This document shows positions 19,723 through 30,562 of a stretch of 64,000 nucleotides of DNA, piece by piece; position 1 is the first letter of the stretch; the number at the start of each line of letters is the position of its first letter. A model generated the notes under the pieces. It had not been told where the DNA came from, did not search any database, and saw only the letters and a list, made by a program, of their open reading frames with translations. This DNA is from a virus. Taxonomy: Duplodnaviria > Heunggongvirae > Uroviricota > Caudoviricetes. The translations under genes were made by a program, and so were the position numbers. The stretch lies in IMG/VR virus record IMGVR_UViG_3300026549_001031. One strand, written 5' to 3'.

Positions 19723-20667
19723 ATGGGAAATAAATGGCATGTATGTAGTTTAGACAGCATGAGTTTTGAGGGTATCTTTGATACAAAAGAAAAGGCAATG
19801 CAACAAATAGAACTTTACAAGAAAAGTAAAGTTAATAACTTGATTCTGTTTAAAGAGGCAGGTAGAGTTTCAGTAATTGCAGCAAATCTTAAAAGAGTAA
19901 CATTTGATAGTGATAGTGATTTTAAAGAATACATAAAGAATCTTGAAAGATACTATGGATCCTTACAGATACGTAATATAAATCCTTCAGTGACAATGCC
20001 TGTTGGAGAGGTAATCAATGAGGTTTGGACTAGAGATGGAGATAAAGTAGCAAGTATCATAAAGAATGAGGTTACTTGCTTAAAAGACTTGTCTTTGACA
20101 TTATCAAAATATATAAAACCTGAGTTGATTAGGACAGACTTGATAAAAGTGTATAGATTGCATGAGATTACAGTGCCATTAGCATTAGGCTTAAGCAATA
20201 TAAAAATAGATACAGTTTCAGGTGTTTGGCATTTTGAAATTGTACACAGCAATGGGGAAGTAATATTATACAGTAAAGATGTGGTTAATACTCAAGATAG
20301 TTGGGCATATACAGATGTGGATGCCTTGTTAAAGAAGGTGAACTACACTATAGAGTATTATAGTAGAAAATTTCCTTATGAGAGTCATTTAAAACTTGAT
20401 AAGATTGCAGGTTGGATTAGTGGACTTACAGGTACAAAATATGACTTTGCAGGAGAGGACAATGGTAGTTTAGCACTGGACTTCAATGTTGGAATCAGTT
20501 ACCTTAAAAATAAAGAGGGTAAGGGTTTATATTTTGCATTGAATACTAACAGTGGTAAAGAGATAGCTACAGTAGATTTGAATGAATGCAATGGGGATGT
20601 AAACACATTTGTTACAAGGGTTGCACAGATAATAAATAATAGAGATGTAAAGTTAATAAAAAGATAA
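19723..20667 (+). CDS. hypothetical protein
   Basis: AGGAGG RBS, 314 aa. Confidence 0.7.
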   Translation: MGNKWHVCSLDSMSFEGIFDTKEKAMQQIELYKKSKVNNLILFKEAGRVSVIAANLKRVTFDSDSDFKEYIKNLERYYGSLQIRNINPSVTMPVGEVINEVWTRDGDKVASIIKNEVTCLKDLSLTLSKYIKPELIRTDLIKVYRLHEITVPLALGLSNIKIDTVSGVWHFEIVHSNGEVILYSKDVVNTQDSWAYTDVDALLKKVNYTIEYYSRKFPYESHLKLDKIAGWISGLTGTKYDFAGEDNGSLALDFNVGISYLKNKEGKGLYFALNTNSGKEIATVDLNECNGDVNTFVTRVAQIINNRDVKLIKR

Positions 20668-20682
20668 GGAGGACAGTAAAAA

Positions 20683-20907
20683 ATGGTAAAGACATTGTAT
20701 AAAATTAACGTATTCAATCAGATTGGTCTTGTGGGCTATCTGAAAGAATTGAGCATGCAGAGACAGGAAATACTTTATACATTAAAACAGGGAGAGGCTA
20801 GATCATTTGATAATAAAGATGAGGCAGAGAAAATAGCTAAGAGGCTTAGAAAAATGTGTGGAGCTGCAATGACAGTTGAGGTTAATAGCTATAAAGTAAC
20901 AATGTAA
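20683..20907 (+). CDS. hypothetical protein
   Basis: AGGAGG RBS, 74 aa. Confidence 0.65.
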   Translation: MVKTLYKINVFNQIGLVGYLKELSMQRQEILYTLKQGEARSFDNKDEAEKIAKRLRKMCGAAMTVEVNSYKVTM

Positions 20908-20921
20908 CAGGAGGAAATCAA

Positions 20922-21782
20922 ATGAAAGCATTTAGGTTTGAGTTTACTGATAGAAATGGGAAAGATAATGCATTGGTAACAGGCATTGCTAATTTTAGTG
21001 GCTTTGAAAATGTGATGTTAAGAGCAGGGGTTTATAAATACGAGCAGTTAACACAGAATTTCAAAGAGTTAAAATACATGAAATTTGGAGATAAACAGTG
21101 TTTCAGAGGAGCAAATGACAATGAGACAGTAGATGTGGTGTGCTTTGATTCTGATAAGGCTAACACATTTGATGAAATTGAGTACATATTAGATTCATTG
21201 AAAAAGCAGATAGCAGGGCTTACATACAATGTAAAAGAAAAGAATAATCATTATGGAAGAATGACAGGTGCAATACAGATCAACAAAGTGCATTGCACTT
21301 ATTCAGCAGACTTATGTTTGAATAAATTGACAATTACAGTAAAAAGTAAGAACACTAAGGGAGAAACCGTTTGTAAACCTGTATCAGTTCATATATTGGG
21401 TAAAGACAGTGTATTTTTAAATAGGGCAGCAGAGGAAATGAAAAACAAGCTTAATTCAACAAAGAGAGCACATACAGATTTTGTTGATATAGTCAATAAA
21501 ATAGTGACACTTATAAACAGCAATCAGCCTGGAGAAGTAAGTGTGTACAAGGATAATAATTGGAGTGTTGACTTCAAGATTGATCAGACAGGCAATAAAT
21601 GTATGATATGTACAAAAGAAGATGCTAGACGAACAGGAACGGATAGAGTTAAGCAAACCTTTATTCATTGTATACCTGGTACAGAGTCAGGGTTTGTCAC
21701 TGACTTTCAATTGAAGTCATCAGTTGAAAAGAGAGTAAGAACAGTAATTAAAGGACTGAACATTGTAGGTTGTACTGTATAA
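20922..21782 (+). CDS. hypothetical protein
   Basis: AGGAGG RBS, 286 aa. Confidence 0.7.
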   Translation: MKAFRFEFTDRNGKDNALVTGIANFSGFENVMLRAGVYKYEQLTQNFKELKYMKFGDKQCFRGANDNETVDVVCFDSDKANTFDEIEYILDSLKKQIAGLTYNVKEKNNHYGRMTGAIQINKVHCTYSADLCLNKLTITVKSKNTKGETVCKPVSVHILGKDSVFLNRAAEEMKNKLNSTKRAHTDFVDIVNKIVTLINSNQPGEVSVYKDNNWSVDFKIDQTGNKCMICTKEDARRTGTDRVKQTFIHCIPGTESGFVTDFQLKSSVEKRVRTVIKGLNIVGCTV

Positions 21783-21808
21783 CATATGAAAAATAGGAAT
21801 TAACAGAG

Positions 21809-21855
21809 ATATGTAGTGAAGAGCAGTCAGGGTTTAACTTCACTACATATTTTTG
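21809..21855 (+). terminator. intrinsic terminator
   Basis: ATATGTAGTGAAG / CTTCACTACATAT stem plus T-run. Confidence 0.75.
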
Positions 21856-21935
21856 TGCATTGATATAAAATAATAAAAATTATTTTTATTTTATAGTAAT
21901 TGTTTAGGACATTATAAACTAAGGAGATAGCTTAA

Positions 21936-24596
21936 ATGAGTAGTGATATGAACAGTATAACTGATAAGATAATCAGTGAAACTCAGCGAAGTGAGAAGGC
22001 TGAAAGAGAGAAGAGCATAGGAAAGAAGTCAAGTAGACAGACTAAAAAAGAGAATAAGGCAAAGAATAAAAAGAGTTCTACAAATATGGTAAGTGGAAGT
22101 CAAAGCAAAGAAAAGATTAAACAGGATAAAAAGGCAATTAAACAGCAGAAAAAAGCTGAAAAGAAAGAGAAGAAAAAAGAGAAGAAAAAGATCAAGTCAT
22201 TTATTGGTAGAGTACTCAATGACAGACAGAATAGACCATTGGGATTGACAATCTTAGCATTATTCTTTGCAGTACCTCTTGATGTATTAAGAATTATTAA
22301 AAACCTGATACTTGGGTTAGTGGTCATTTGTTTAATTTGTGGAGCAACTATTTGTGGTATCGCATATACAAAGGTCAAGCCTATTTATGATGACTACAAT
22401 AAATTCGCAACAGAAGCAGTAGATAATTGTACAGTCAACACATTTAAGATGGAAGAGGCAACTCACATTTATGATAACAAGGGTAATTTGTTGGTAAGGT
22501 TGCATGGAGATCAAGATAGTGCATATCTTGTTTATGAGGATATACCTGTTGATGTAATAAATGCGTTTATTGCTGTAGAGGACAGGTCATTTTGGGATAA
22601 TGGAGGTATTGATGTTAAAGGACTTATAAGAGTTGGAGTTAATGCAATTAAGTCAAGTGGTGATGAAGTTCATGGAGCATCAACAATAACACAGCAGCTT
22701 TCAAGAAATATTTTCTTGTCACATGAAGTTTCATTAGAGCGTAAAGCAAAAGAGATGCTTATTTCTTTGAAATTGACAAAGAAGTTTACTAAAGAGCAGA
22801 TAATGGAATTTTATGTCAATGATATTTGTTTTGCTAATGCATTTTATGGTATTGAGTCAGCAGCAAATGGTTACTTTGATAAATCAGTTAAGGACTTGTC
22901 ACTTTCACAGATTACTTATTTATGTGCAATACCTAACAGTCCTGAATATTATAACCCATATAAATATCCTGAGAGGGCATTGGAAAGAAGAGATAAGATC
23001 CTTAAGGATATGAGGGGGTTAGGATATATTACAGAGAATGAATACAAAGAAGCAGTTGCAGAAAAGATAGAGATTAAGAAACCTAAATATACATTTCATA
23101 ATTACTTATCAACATATGCTATTGATTGTGCTACAAAGTATATGATGAAAAAAGACGGTTTCAAGTTTAAGTACTCTTGGAAAAATGATAAGGAGTACAA
23201 GAAATATAAAGAGAAGTACAGTGTGGCATATGACAGTGCTAAACAAGAGTTAGCAACAGGTGGTTATGATGTTTATACAACGTTAGACCAAACAGTACAG
23301 AAGAAAATGCAAAAGGTACTTGATAAGGGATTGTCATTTGATAAGAGTAAAGACGTTGCAACTAAGGTTTATAAGTTGCAGGGAGCAGTTACAGTAGTTG
23401 ATAACAGTTCAGGAAAAGTAATTGCAGTTGTTGGAGGTAGAAGTCAGAAGAATGATAGTAAGACTTATAGTTTGAATAGGGCTTATCAGAGTTATAGACA
23501 GCCTGGAAGTACAATAAAGCCTTTAGCAGTTTATACACCAGCATTGATGAATGGATATACGCCTGATACAATAGTTTATAACATTGATGTTTCAGCAGCT
23601 AAACGTAAGGGTGCTAATGTTCAAGCAATGAGAGGTCAGGCAATGACATTAAGAAATGCACTTGAGTGGAGTAAAAATGGTGTTGCTTGGCAGGTGTTTG
23701 ATAAGTTAAAGCCTAAGAAAGCTTTGAAGTACATGACAAAGATGCAGTTCAGCAATATATGTCCTAGTGACTATTATGATAGTGCAGCACTTGGTGGTTT
23801 AACATATGGAGTAACAACTACAGAAATGGCAGGTGCATATAGTACTTTAGTGAATCATGGAGAATACAGAGAAACAACATGTGTAGATAAGATACTTGAT
23901 AGAAATAAGAATAACATTTATTCTGATGCCGATACAAAGCAAGTTTACAGTGCTAAAGCAGCTGATACAATGGTTGATATGATGACTGGCGTATTAACAA
24001 AGGGAACAGCTTCAAAGTTGAATTGGTACAGTAAAACAAAACAGGTGGCTGCTTGTAAAACTGGAACAACAAATAGAAGTAAAGATGGTTGGTTATGTGG
24101 ATTCACTAATTATTATACAGTTGCAGTTTGGGTTGGATATGACCAGCCTAAAGAACTTAGTAACTTATATGGTGCAACATATCCTGGTCAGATATGGCGT
24201 GATTGTCAGTTGGCTTTGAACAAGAATAAAAAAGTCAAGACAAAGTTTGCAAGGTATAAATCAGGGGATGAGGATGATTTAGACAGCTTTGATTTTTCAG
24301 AGACAGATACACTTCCAAGTGAGGCATATAAGAAATACTTACCTGGGCGTAGTGATACAGAGGTTTTGTCACCTGGTTATACAGTTGAGGACTATAGAAA
24401 AGACAGAGTGCTTGGTGAGAGCGTGGATGCAGTGATTGATTATATGAATCAGTTACCAAAGGATAGTCCAACATATGATAGTGATTTGGTTACACTTTAT
24501 AATCAAGGTAAACAGGTAGTTGATAAAATTTACAGTGTAAAATATACAAGTGAGATGCTTGGTAAATTAAATTCAGCATATTATAGTTTGCAGTAG
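21936..24596 (+). CDS. class A penicillin-binding protein (PBP1A-like transglycosylase/transpeptidase)
   Basis: N-terminal TM; GT51 motifs EDRSF..NGGID, GASTITQQL, RKAKE; transpeptidase STIK (SxxK), SKN, KTGT. Confidence 0.93.
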   Translation: MSSDMNSITDKIISETQRSEKAEREKSIGKKSSRQTKKENKAKNKKSSTNMVSGSQSKEKIKQDKKAIKQQKKAEKKEKKKEKKKIKSFIGRVLNDRQNRPLGLTILALFFAVPLDVLRIIKNLILGLVVICLICGATICGIAYTKVKPIYDDYNKFATEAVDNCTVNTFKMEEATHIYDNKGNLLVRLHGDQDSAYLVYEDIPVDVINAFIAVEDRSFWDNGGIDVKGLIRVGVNAIKSSGDEVHGASTITQQLSRNIFLSHEVSLERKAKEMLISLKLTKKFTKEQIMEFYVNDICFANAFYGIESAANGYFDKSVKDLSLSQITYLCAIPNSPEYYNPYKYPERALERRDKILKDMRGLGYITENEYKEAVAEKIEIKKPKYTFHNYLSTYAIDCATKYMMKKDGFKFKYSWKNDKEYKKYKEKYSVAYDSAKQELATGGYDVYTTLDQTVQKKMQKVLDKGLSFDKSKDVATKVYKLQGAVTVVDNSSGKVIAVVGGRSQKNDSKTYSLNRAYQSYRQPGSTIKPLAVYTPALMNGYTPDTIVYNIDVSAAKRKGANVQAMRGQAMTLRNALEWSKNGVAWQVFDKLKPKKALKYMTKMQFSNICPSDYYDSAALGGLTYGVTTTEMAGAYSTLVNHGEYRETTCVDKILDRNKNNIYSDADTKQVYSAKAADTMVDMMTGVLTKGTASKLNWYSKTKQVAACKTGTTNRSKDGWLCGFTNYYTVAVWVGYDQPKELSNLYGATYPGQIWRDCQLALNKNKKVKTKFARYKSGDEDDLDSFDFSETDTLPSEAYKKYLPGRSDTEVLSPGYTVEDYRKDRVLGESVDAVIDYMNQLPKDSPTYDSDLVTLYNQGKQVVDKIYSVKYTSEMLGKLNSAYYSLQ

Positions 24597-24636
24597 AGAC
24601 ATAAAGTGAAAGAGTGAAGCAAAGAGGGTTCATAAG

Positions 24637-25539
24637 ATGAGCAAGATGAGTAGAAATGATCTCCCTGAAGATTACAGGGAGATCTGGGATAGATTGTTGA
24701 TGCCTGTTGATACTAACATATCATTTGATGATGTAATCTTAAGTCAGGAAAACACAGATAAGTATAAGGCATTTATAAAGGAGCAGCAGTACAGAGATAA
24801 GTTATATGAATACGGTTTGGAACCTATGAATAGACTTCTGTTGTATGGAGCGTCTGGTACAGGTAAAACGTTTAGTCTTAAAGCTTTAAGTAATTTACTT
24901 GGTTATACAATGTTGTACGTTGATATTAGTAAGTCACTTACAGATGGAAATGTGGCGTCTAACATTTCAGATATTTTCAAGCTTGGTAATTATATTGGAA
25001 ACTGCATTATATTCTTTGATGAGTGTGATGCAATAGCTTGGAACAGGGATGGGGCTAACACTGATGGTGGAGTGGTTAGACGTGCAACAAACTCTGTATT
25101 TCAGAATTTGGATCAGATGAATCATTCAAATGTGTTTGCAGCAGCTACTAACTTGTTACATAAACTTGATCCTGCTTTTGAAAGACGTTTCAATTTGAAA
25201 ATGATGTTTACACGTCCTGATTTGGACATGGATGAGTGCATTAAACATTTCATGTATCCCAAGTTTATTTTGAATGATGACGTTAGGGAAGATGCAAGAG
25301 AGCTTATTAAAAAGAGGGCGCGACAAAATACAAAATTAAGTTACTATGAAATTGAAGAGATTGTCAAGAGAGGAATGAAAAGAGCAGTGTTAAATGATAC
25401 TGTAGAGGTTAAAACTTCTGATATATACAGGGATTTAGCAGTTAGCATAAATTACAAAATGAAGTTTGACACAGCTTCAGATCCTGAATACATCTTTCAT
25501 AATGATAATACATATGATCCTACGGCAAGGAAAGCATAG
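24637..25539 (+). CDS. AAA+ ATPase (classical AAA, SpoVK/CDC48-like)
   Basis: LLYGASGTGKT, IFFDECD, AATN...LDPAFERRF. Confidence 0.85.
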   Translation: MSKMSRNDLPEDYREIWDRLLMPVDTNISFDDVILSQENTDKYKAFIKEQQYRDKLYEYGLEPMNRLLLYGASGTGKTFSLKALSNLLGYTMLYVDISKSLTDGNVASNISDIFKLGNYIGNCIIFFDECDAIAWNRDGANTDGGVVRRATNSVFQNLDQMNHSNVFAAATNLLHKLDPAFERRFNLKMMFTRPDLDMDECIKHFMYPKFILNDDVREDARELIKKRARQNTKLSYYEIEEIVKRGMKRAVLNDTVEVKTSDIYRDLAVSINYKMKFDTASDPEYIFHNDNTYDPTARKA

Positions 25540-25643
25540 GGTACAAGAGGTTGGACAGTGAGTGCAAGATTGGCATAGTAGTAAAGAGCATGGCATTATT
25601 GGTTAAGGAGCTTAACATAAAATATAAAAATAATAACATGAAG

Positions 25644-25672
25644 TTGAAATTTTCAATTTTATCTGATATAAT
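25644..25672 (+). promoter_or_regulatory. sigmaA-type promoter
   Basis: TTGAAA-17 nt-TATAAT with TG; near-duplicate of the 1514 promoter. Confidence 0.75.
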
Positions 25673-25716
25673 AAAGATAGTTAAAGAAATGAAATAAAGA
25701 TTGAGAGGTACAAAAA

Positions 25717-26382
25717 ATGGGAAATGAAGTAAACTTAACCAATGAAGAAATGAGCGCTATGTTAGTAAGTCAGATGCTTATGAAAAGCCAGTCAGGTGCA
25801 TCAGAAGAGACATCTGCAGAGCAGGAGAGACAAGCAGAGATCGATGATATGATGGCAGCTCTTGATGGTTTAACTATTGAGGACCTGGCAGAAAAGAAGA
25901 AAACTAAAAAGGGTGGCAGACGTAAGAAAAAAGCAGAGACACCTAAGGCAAGCATATATATTCCTGAGATGCCTGAATTTGCATCTTTAAACAGAGATGT
26001 AAAAATGAATGTTACGTTTAAACAGTATGACATCCCTTACAAGGAACAGCTGTGGGGCATTGATTCAAGAATGGTGACTTATATGTTAGAGGTTGTGAAA
26101 ATGCCTAAGGTGGCAAAAGACATTTCTGATATTATGAATCACAATTCAGCATATGAAAGAGCATTAGCCGCGGAAGGAGCTGTTCGGTATATCAAGGTTG
26201 TTACATATGAAGTTGTTCCTTACAGAGCAAGAGAGCTTGCATTTGTAAGAGTTGCATCTAATCCTCAGGGTAAGTTAACAACTAAGACATATGTAAACAA
26301 GAATGTGCTCAAGGAAAACAATGTAGACGTTGATCTGTTTGAAAAGAGACTTAAGAAAGCGGTCAAACAGTTACAGAACTAA
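25717..26382 (+). CDS. hypothetical protein
   Basis: ORF with GAGAGG RBS after promoter. Confidence 0.75.
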   Translation: MGNEVNLTNEEMSAMLVSQMLMKSQSGASEETSAEQERQAEIDDMMAALDGLTIEDLAEKKKTKKGGRRKKKAETPKASIYIPEMPEFASLNRDVKMNVTFKQYDIPYKEQLWGIDSRMVTYMLEVVKMPKVAKDISDIMNHNSAYERALAAEGAVRYIKVVTYEVVPYRARELAFVRVASNPQGKLTTKTYVNKNVLKENNVDVDLFEKRLKKAVKQLQN

Positions 26383-26402
26383 ACAATAGGACAGTTTTAA
26401 GA

Positions 26403-26440
26403 ATAAAGGCGCTGGGTGTGTTTACAACAGCGCCTTTATG
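26403..26440 (+). terminator. intrinsic terminator
   Basis: ATAAAGGCGCTG / CAGCGCCTTTAT stem. Confidence 0.7.
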
Positions 26441-26467
26441 TGTATTTAATCTAGGAGATTTTTAGGA

Positions 26468-27037
26468 ATGGACACTGGTGAAAAGAAAAGCAAACATGGA
26501 GGAATGAGGGTAGTTACACTTGTAATTATAGTTGTATCCCTGGTATTGTTTGTTCAAGCTTTTAAGAATGGGCTGGGGCTTAGCTCTTCACAGAAGGGCA
26601 TTAGGGAGTATAATAGCATAGATGGTTTATTAAGTGACAATGATTGGATAGGATATATACCTGACATTGTAAAGAATGACACTAATTTGAAAATTAAAGT
26701 GACCATGGGTCAGTTTGTAGAGATAGATGGTGATAACATTGTATTTAAGGCAGGACCATATGTAACAAAGAAGTCAGACATACTTGCACTATATGAAAAC
26801 AGTGAGTTTGATAAAGGTGCAAAGGTTAAAAATAAGGATTACATTGATTCAATTAGATTAAGAACAGGGTATAAAAAATTGGAGCATTGTAGTATTATTA
26901 ACTGGTACAATAATAATTATCAGTTTGGGCTTATAGTAAGTGGAAGTAAGACACCTAGTGAAATGATTAGGTTGCTTGGTTTAGAGAAAAGTGACTTAGA
27001 GTTAAAAAGTACTAAACCTGTAAAAGAAAAGAAATAG
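26468..27037 (+). CDS. membrane-anchored hypothetical protein
   Basis: N-terminal hydrophobic segment VVTLVIIVVSLVLFV. Confidence 0.7.
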   Translation: MDTGEKKSKHGGMRVVTLVIIVVSLVLFVQAFKNGLGLSSSQKGIREYNSIDGLLSDNDWIGYIPDIVKNDTNLKIKVTMGQFVEIDGDNIVFKAGPYVTKKSDILALYENSEFDKGAKVKNKDYIDSIRLRTGYKKLEHCSIINWYNNNYQFGLIVSGSKTPSEMIRLLGLEKSDLELKSTKPVKEKK

Positions 27038-27069
27038 GACAGTTAAAATAAGAGAGGACAGTTAAAAGT

Positions 27070-28218
27070 ATGGTAAGTGCATTAGCAGATAATATGGACA
27101 TGTTACATATGTTATATGACAGTGTCGAAGTTATGCAAGGCGGATATATAAGAGTTAAGGAACAAAATACAGTAAAGATACTTGATGAAAATTGTGAAGT
27201 GTTGCTTTCTTGTGATGAGGGAGACCTCTTGGATTTTAGAGGGGGATATGCACTGGTAAGAAAAGGTAATACAGTAGAGTTAAAATGGGGTGATGCATCG
27301 AAGATACTGGATATCGAGCACTGGGATACAGTTAGGAATTTAAGAATTTTGGATAAAAACATATTATTCGAGTGTAGAATACACTGGAGAGATTGGATTT
27401 ACATTACAGATAGACAAGGCAACATCGTGCGTAGATTAAAAGGGGTACACTTGCAACAAGAAGTAGTGCATGATGGTTTAGGATCTAGGGTATATGATGA
27501 TTTTGATTATCATGTAAGAGTATGTGAGGGTACAAGGAATAGCAAGATTTATTTTGATACTTACCAAGCTACTGAATGTAATAACATGATAGGCGAAATA
27601 GATGTGCATACAGGAAAAGTAATATGCTATGGTAGGTTTAAGGGTTCAGGTTTTGAGACAATCGCAACAAGAATTTTAACCGAGAATGAAGATAGGTACA
27701 TGTTTAATTATAATACCCATACAAGCGCTCATTGTATGTATGCATTGGCAAAAGGAGATGAAGTCATTAGTAAAGAGTATATGGACATTGCACAACCTTT
27801 GGGGTTAAAAGGTACACCTTATTTAATGACATATACAAATACACCGATCTTTGGGTTAAGACAGGGTATCATTGATCATAATGGTAATGAGCTTATTGAG
27901 GCTAAATATGACAGTATAAAATATATTGGGGATCAGTGTTTTTTATTGGAGTATACAGATCCTGGTAAAGGGATGAGCATTAGGCTTGAGTATCCTAAGT
28001 ACAAAATGATATTTAGTTTAGTATCTGGGGCACTTACACCTTGGGTACATGATATTCAGGAATTAAGGACGGACATATATTTAGTGACAATGATAGATGG
28101 AGAGTACAAGGTGTTTAGTTTAAGAGATAAGAAGTTAATTGACTATACATATGAGGAATTAAGTAAGAATCTAAATACAAATGAGCTCAACTTTATATTA
28201 AAGCTGGCAAGGCATTAA
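27070..28218 (+). CDS. WG-repeat-like (beta-propeller-type) protein
   Basis: segments such as QGIIDHNGNELIEAKYDSI and YITDRQGNIV. Confidence 0.55.
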   Translation: MVSALADNMDMLHMLYDSVEVMQGGYIRVKEQNTVKILDENCEVLLSCDEGDLLDFRGGYALVRKGNTVELKWGDASKILDIEHWDTVRNLRILDKNILFECRIHWRDWIYITDRQGNIVRRLKGVHLQQEVVHDGLGSRVYDDFDYHVRVCEGTRNSKIYFDTYQATECNNMIGEIDVHTGKVICYGRFKGSGFETIATRILTENEDRYMFNYNTHTSAHCMYALAKGDEVISKEYMDIAQPLGLKGTPYLMTYTNTPIFGLRQGIIDHNGNELIEAKYDSIKYIGDQCFLLEYTDPGKGMSIRLEYPKYKMIFSLVSGALTPWVHDIQELRTDIYLVTMIDGEYKVFSLRDKKLIDYTYEELSKNLNTNELNFILKLARH

Positions 28219-28411
28219 ACTTTTGAATTTTCACATTTTTCAGACTTGTGTTGCAGAAAACTGACATAATGAAATAATAGAAACAGCATTTATAGTAAAG
28301 TGTGATTAGCATTACAAAAAATAGATGGACATGTCTATTGACATTGGTTGCAATATATTACATATTTATTTTATTTTTAGTTTTTATTATTTTATTTTAG
28401 GAGAGATTATT

Positions 28412-28861
28412 ATGATTACATTGAAAGAACAGTTTGAGCAGATGATTTATGAGAGAGCAAGTGAAATGAATGGATGTGACACTGAGGAGGAACTTAATAT
28501 GGAGATTTCTAAACTTATAACTAAAGATAAATTAAGTAATGCAGTGATTGTTGATAGTAGAACAGTAAGAGGATACATTGTTGCCGATAGGAATAGACAA
28601 AGACATTTGCATAAAAGTAAGAAGTCATTGGAGAGTGTGGGATCTAGCACTGAACAAGCTTGGGTATACAGAGATGAATCAGAGAATGATTGGATTTTTA
28701 AGAAATATGAGAGTATAAAGGATGCAGTTAGAGCAGCATTGACAGAAATAAATTCAACAGTGATATGTAATGGTAATGTCATTGATTTTGACAGAATTGA
28801 TGATTACAGAGCATATTATATTGATCACAACACAAGAGAAAGAAAAGAGTTTATCATATAG
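28412..28861 (+). CDS. hypothetical protein
   Basis: ATG after AGGAG RBS within ORF 28325-28861. Confidence 0.65.
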   Translation: MITLKEQFEQMIYERASEMNGCDTEEELNMEISKLITKDKLSNAVIVDSRTVRGYIVADRNRQRHLHKSKKSLESVGSSTEQAWVYRDESENDWIFKKYESIKDAVRAALTEINSTVICNGNVIDFDRIDDYRAYYIDHNTRERKEFII

Positions 28862-28876
28862 AAAAAGAGGTTGAAC

Positions 28877-29269
28877 ATGGCAAAATTAAGTGATACAGGT
28901 ATAAAAATACAGAATGAAAAGGTGTACAGTTCTTATTATGGAAAAGCATGTAAAATATACCCTGACTATAGATTAGTTGCAGTATCAATGAATATGCCTG
29001 ACAATTTCAAAGGAGAGGTACTTAGATGTCTTGCACCTAGCAAGAATCTTGTTTATGGATACAAGTATTATACTATGTCCGAACAGAAATACACAGAGGC
29101 CTACAGAAGAGAAATACTTGATAAACTTGATGTAAGAGAAATATACAATAAATTAAAGGGTAAAATCATATTATGTTATTGTGGACCTGGTCAATTTTGT
29201 CATAGGCATTTGATAATGAACTGGTTAACAGAGCAGCTGGGTGAGCAATACATTGGTGGAGAGATTTAG
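28877..29269 (+). CDS. DUF488-like protein
   Basis: SSYY, LAPS..L, Y...Y...L..LD, LCY....FCHRH.I..WL. Confidence 0.7.
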   Translation: MAKLSDTGIKIQNEKVYSSYYGKACKIYPDYRLVAVSMNMPDNFKGEVLRCLAPSKNLVYGYKYYTMSEQKYTEAYRREILDKLDVREIYNKLKGKIILCYCGPGQFCHRHLIMNWLTEQLGEQYIGGEI

Positions 29270-29280
29270 AGGCAGTAGAG

Positions 29281-29919
29281 ATGAAATTTAGACAACATTT
29301 TCAAATAGGACAGGCAATATATGAAAAGCTTAACACTGAACAGGAGCATAAGATAAACAAGATAGCTTATCTATTTGGAAATGTTGCTCCTGATTTCAAC
29401 TGTGTGTATCCTGCACATAGGGTCACAACTACAAAGAGAGCATACAAGAGGCACTTAAGAAGAATAGAAAGAACAAAGAGTAAAATTGTAAGATCATTTA
29501 CACTAGGAATGATTACACATTATACTTGTGACTACTTCTGTTATGCACATAACAACGAATCACTTGGTGCAAGGCATAAAAAGTATGAGACAGGGTTATT
29601 TAGACACTTTACAAGTGAAGAAAAAGACTTTGATATACAGAAAGAAGTGTTTGACATTTGGAAAACGGTAGATGACCAGAATTGTAAATATGAGACATTA
29701 TTTGAAAAAGTAGAGGCTTTGAATAAGGAATACAGGTCAAAGCATAATGTAAATAGAGACACTGGTTGGGAGTATAGACATGATCAAATGGTTGTGGACA
29801 CAGAGTATTCTATGTTTGTTGCATTTAAGGTAGTAAGTAAGCTACTTTGCAGTGATAGCATAGTATTAAAAAATTTGAATTTTTCCAAGGGTGTATACAT
29901 TGGAGAAAAATTAGTCTGA
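29281..29919 (+). CDS. zinc-dependent phospholipase C family protein
   Basis: N-terminal H, FGNVAPD, LGMITHYTCDYFCYAHN, HKKYE. Confidence 0.75.
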   Translation: MKFRQHFQIGQAIYEKLNTEQEHKINKIAYLFGNVAPDFNCVYPAHRVTTTKRAYKRHLRRIERTKSKIVRSFTLGMITHYTCDYFCYAHNNESLGARHKKYETGLFRHFTSEEKDFDIQKEVFDIWKTVDDQNCKYETLFEKVEALNKEYRSKHNVNRDTGWEYRHDQMVVDTEYSMFVAFKVVSKLLCSDSIVLKNLNFSKGVYIGEKLV

Positions 29920-30160
29920 CAGTTCAGATGGCATTTGGTAAAATCACAGACATTTTTAGTAATAAAAATTAGGTGTGATAAAATTAAGGTAAAGAAAGAG
30001 GTTTTTAAGTGTCTGCTGAATGGAGTAAACAGGCATTAGTAAATAAAGGATATACTTGTGAATTTGGAAATAAGCACTGTAAATGGTATATGCAGTTGGA
30101 AAGATTGAGTATACTCTGGTGTTTATAATATAAAATATGAAAATTGGAGGTTACAGTAAA

Positions 30161-30520
30161 ATGAGAGTACTAACACTTGAGTCTATCATTAGACTTGTAC
30201 AGGACAGAGTAGGGGCATCAGTGAAGGTAGTTCGTGGAGAGGCACCTGGTACAGATTATAAGTTCATTGCAATTGTTGATGAGGCTTATACAGGAAAAGT
30301 GTCAGCTCATGTGGACGAAGAAGGAGACATTGAGTATGATGATAATTGTGCAGATGATGAGGTTTATTGCATCTTAGATGAAGATGATCTTCAGGAGATT
30401 GACTCTGATGCACCTTATATTCTTGTAGATGAAAATGAGTTTGATGATACAGCTTCATTCGAGATTGATGGCAGCTTTGTAGAATATGAGGACTATGAAG
30501 AGTACATTACAGAGCAGTAA
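30161..30520 (+). CDS. small highly acidic protein
   Basis: GGAGG RBS; 30 of the last 69 residues are D/E with no K/R. Confidence 0.7.
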   Translation: MRVLTLESIIRLVQDRVGASVKVVRGEAPGTDYKFIAIVDEAYTGKVSAHVDEEGDIEYDDNCADDEVYCILDEDDLQEIDSDAPYILVDENEFDDTASFEIDGSFVEYEDYEEYITEQ

Positions 30521-30562
30521 TGTTTGTGTTTGGACAGATTAAAATATAGGAGGATAATTAAA

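Noticed and set aside
27034-27068. Direct repeat AGGACAGTTAAAA as a mobile-element scar
   Set aside because: Similar sequences recur near RBSs or gene starts elsewhere (5467, 9392, 58793); more likely a translation-initiation-region motif, and no transposase is nearby.
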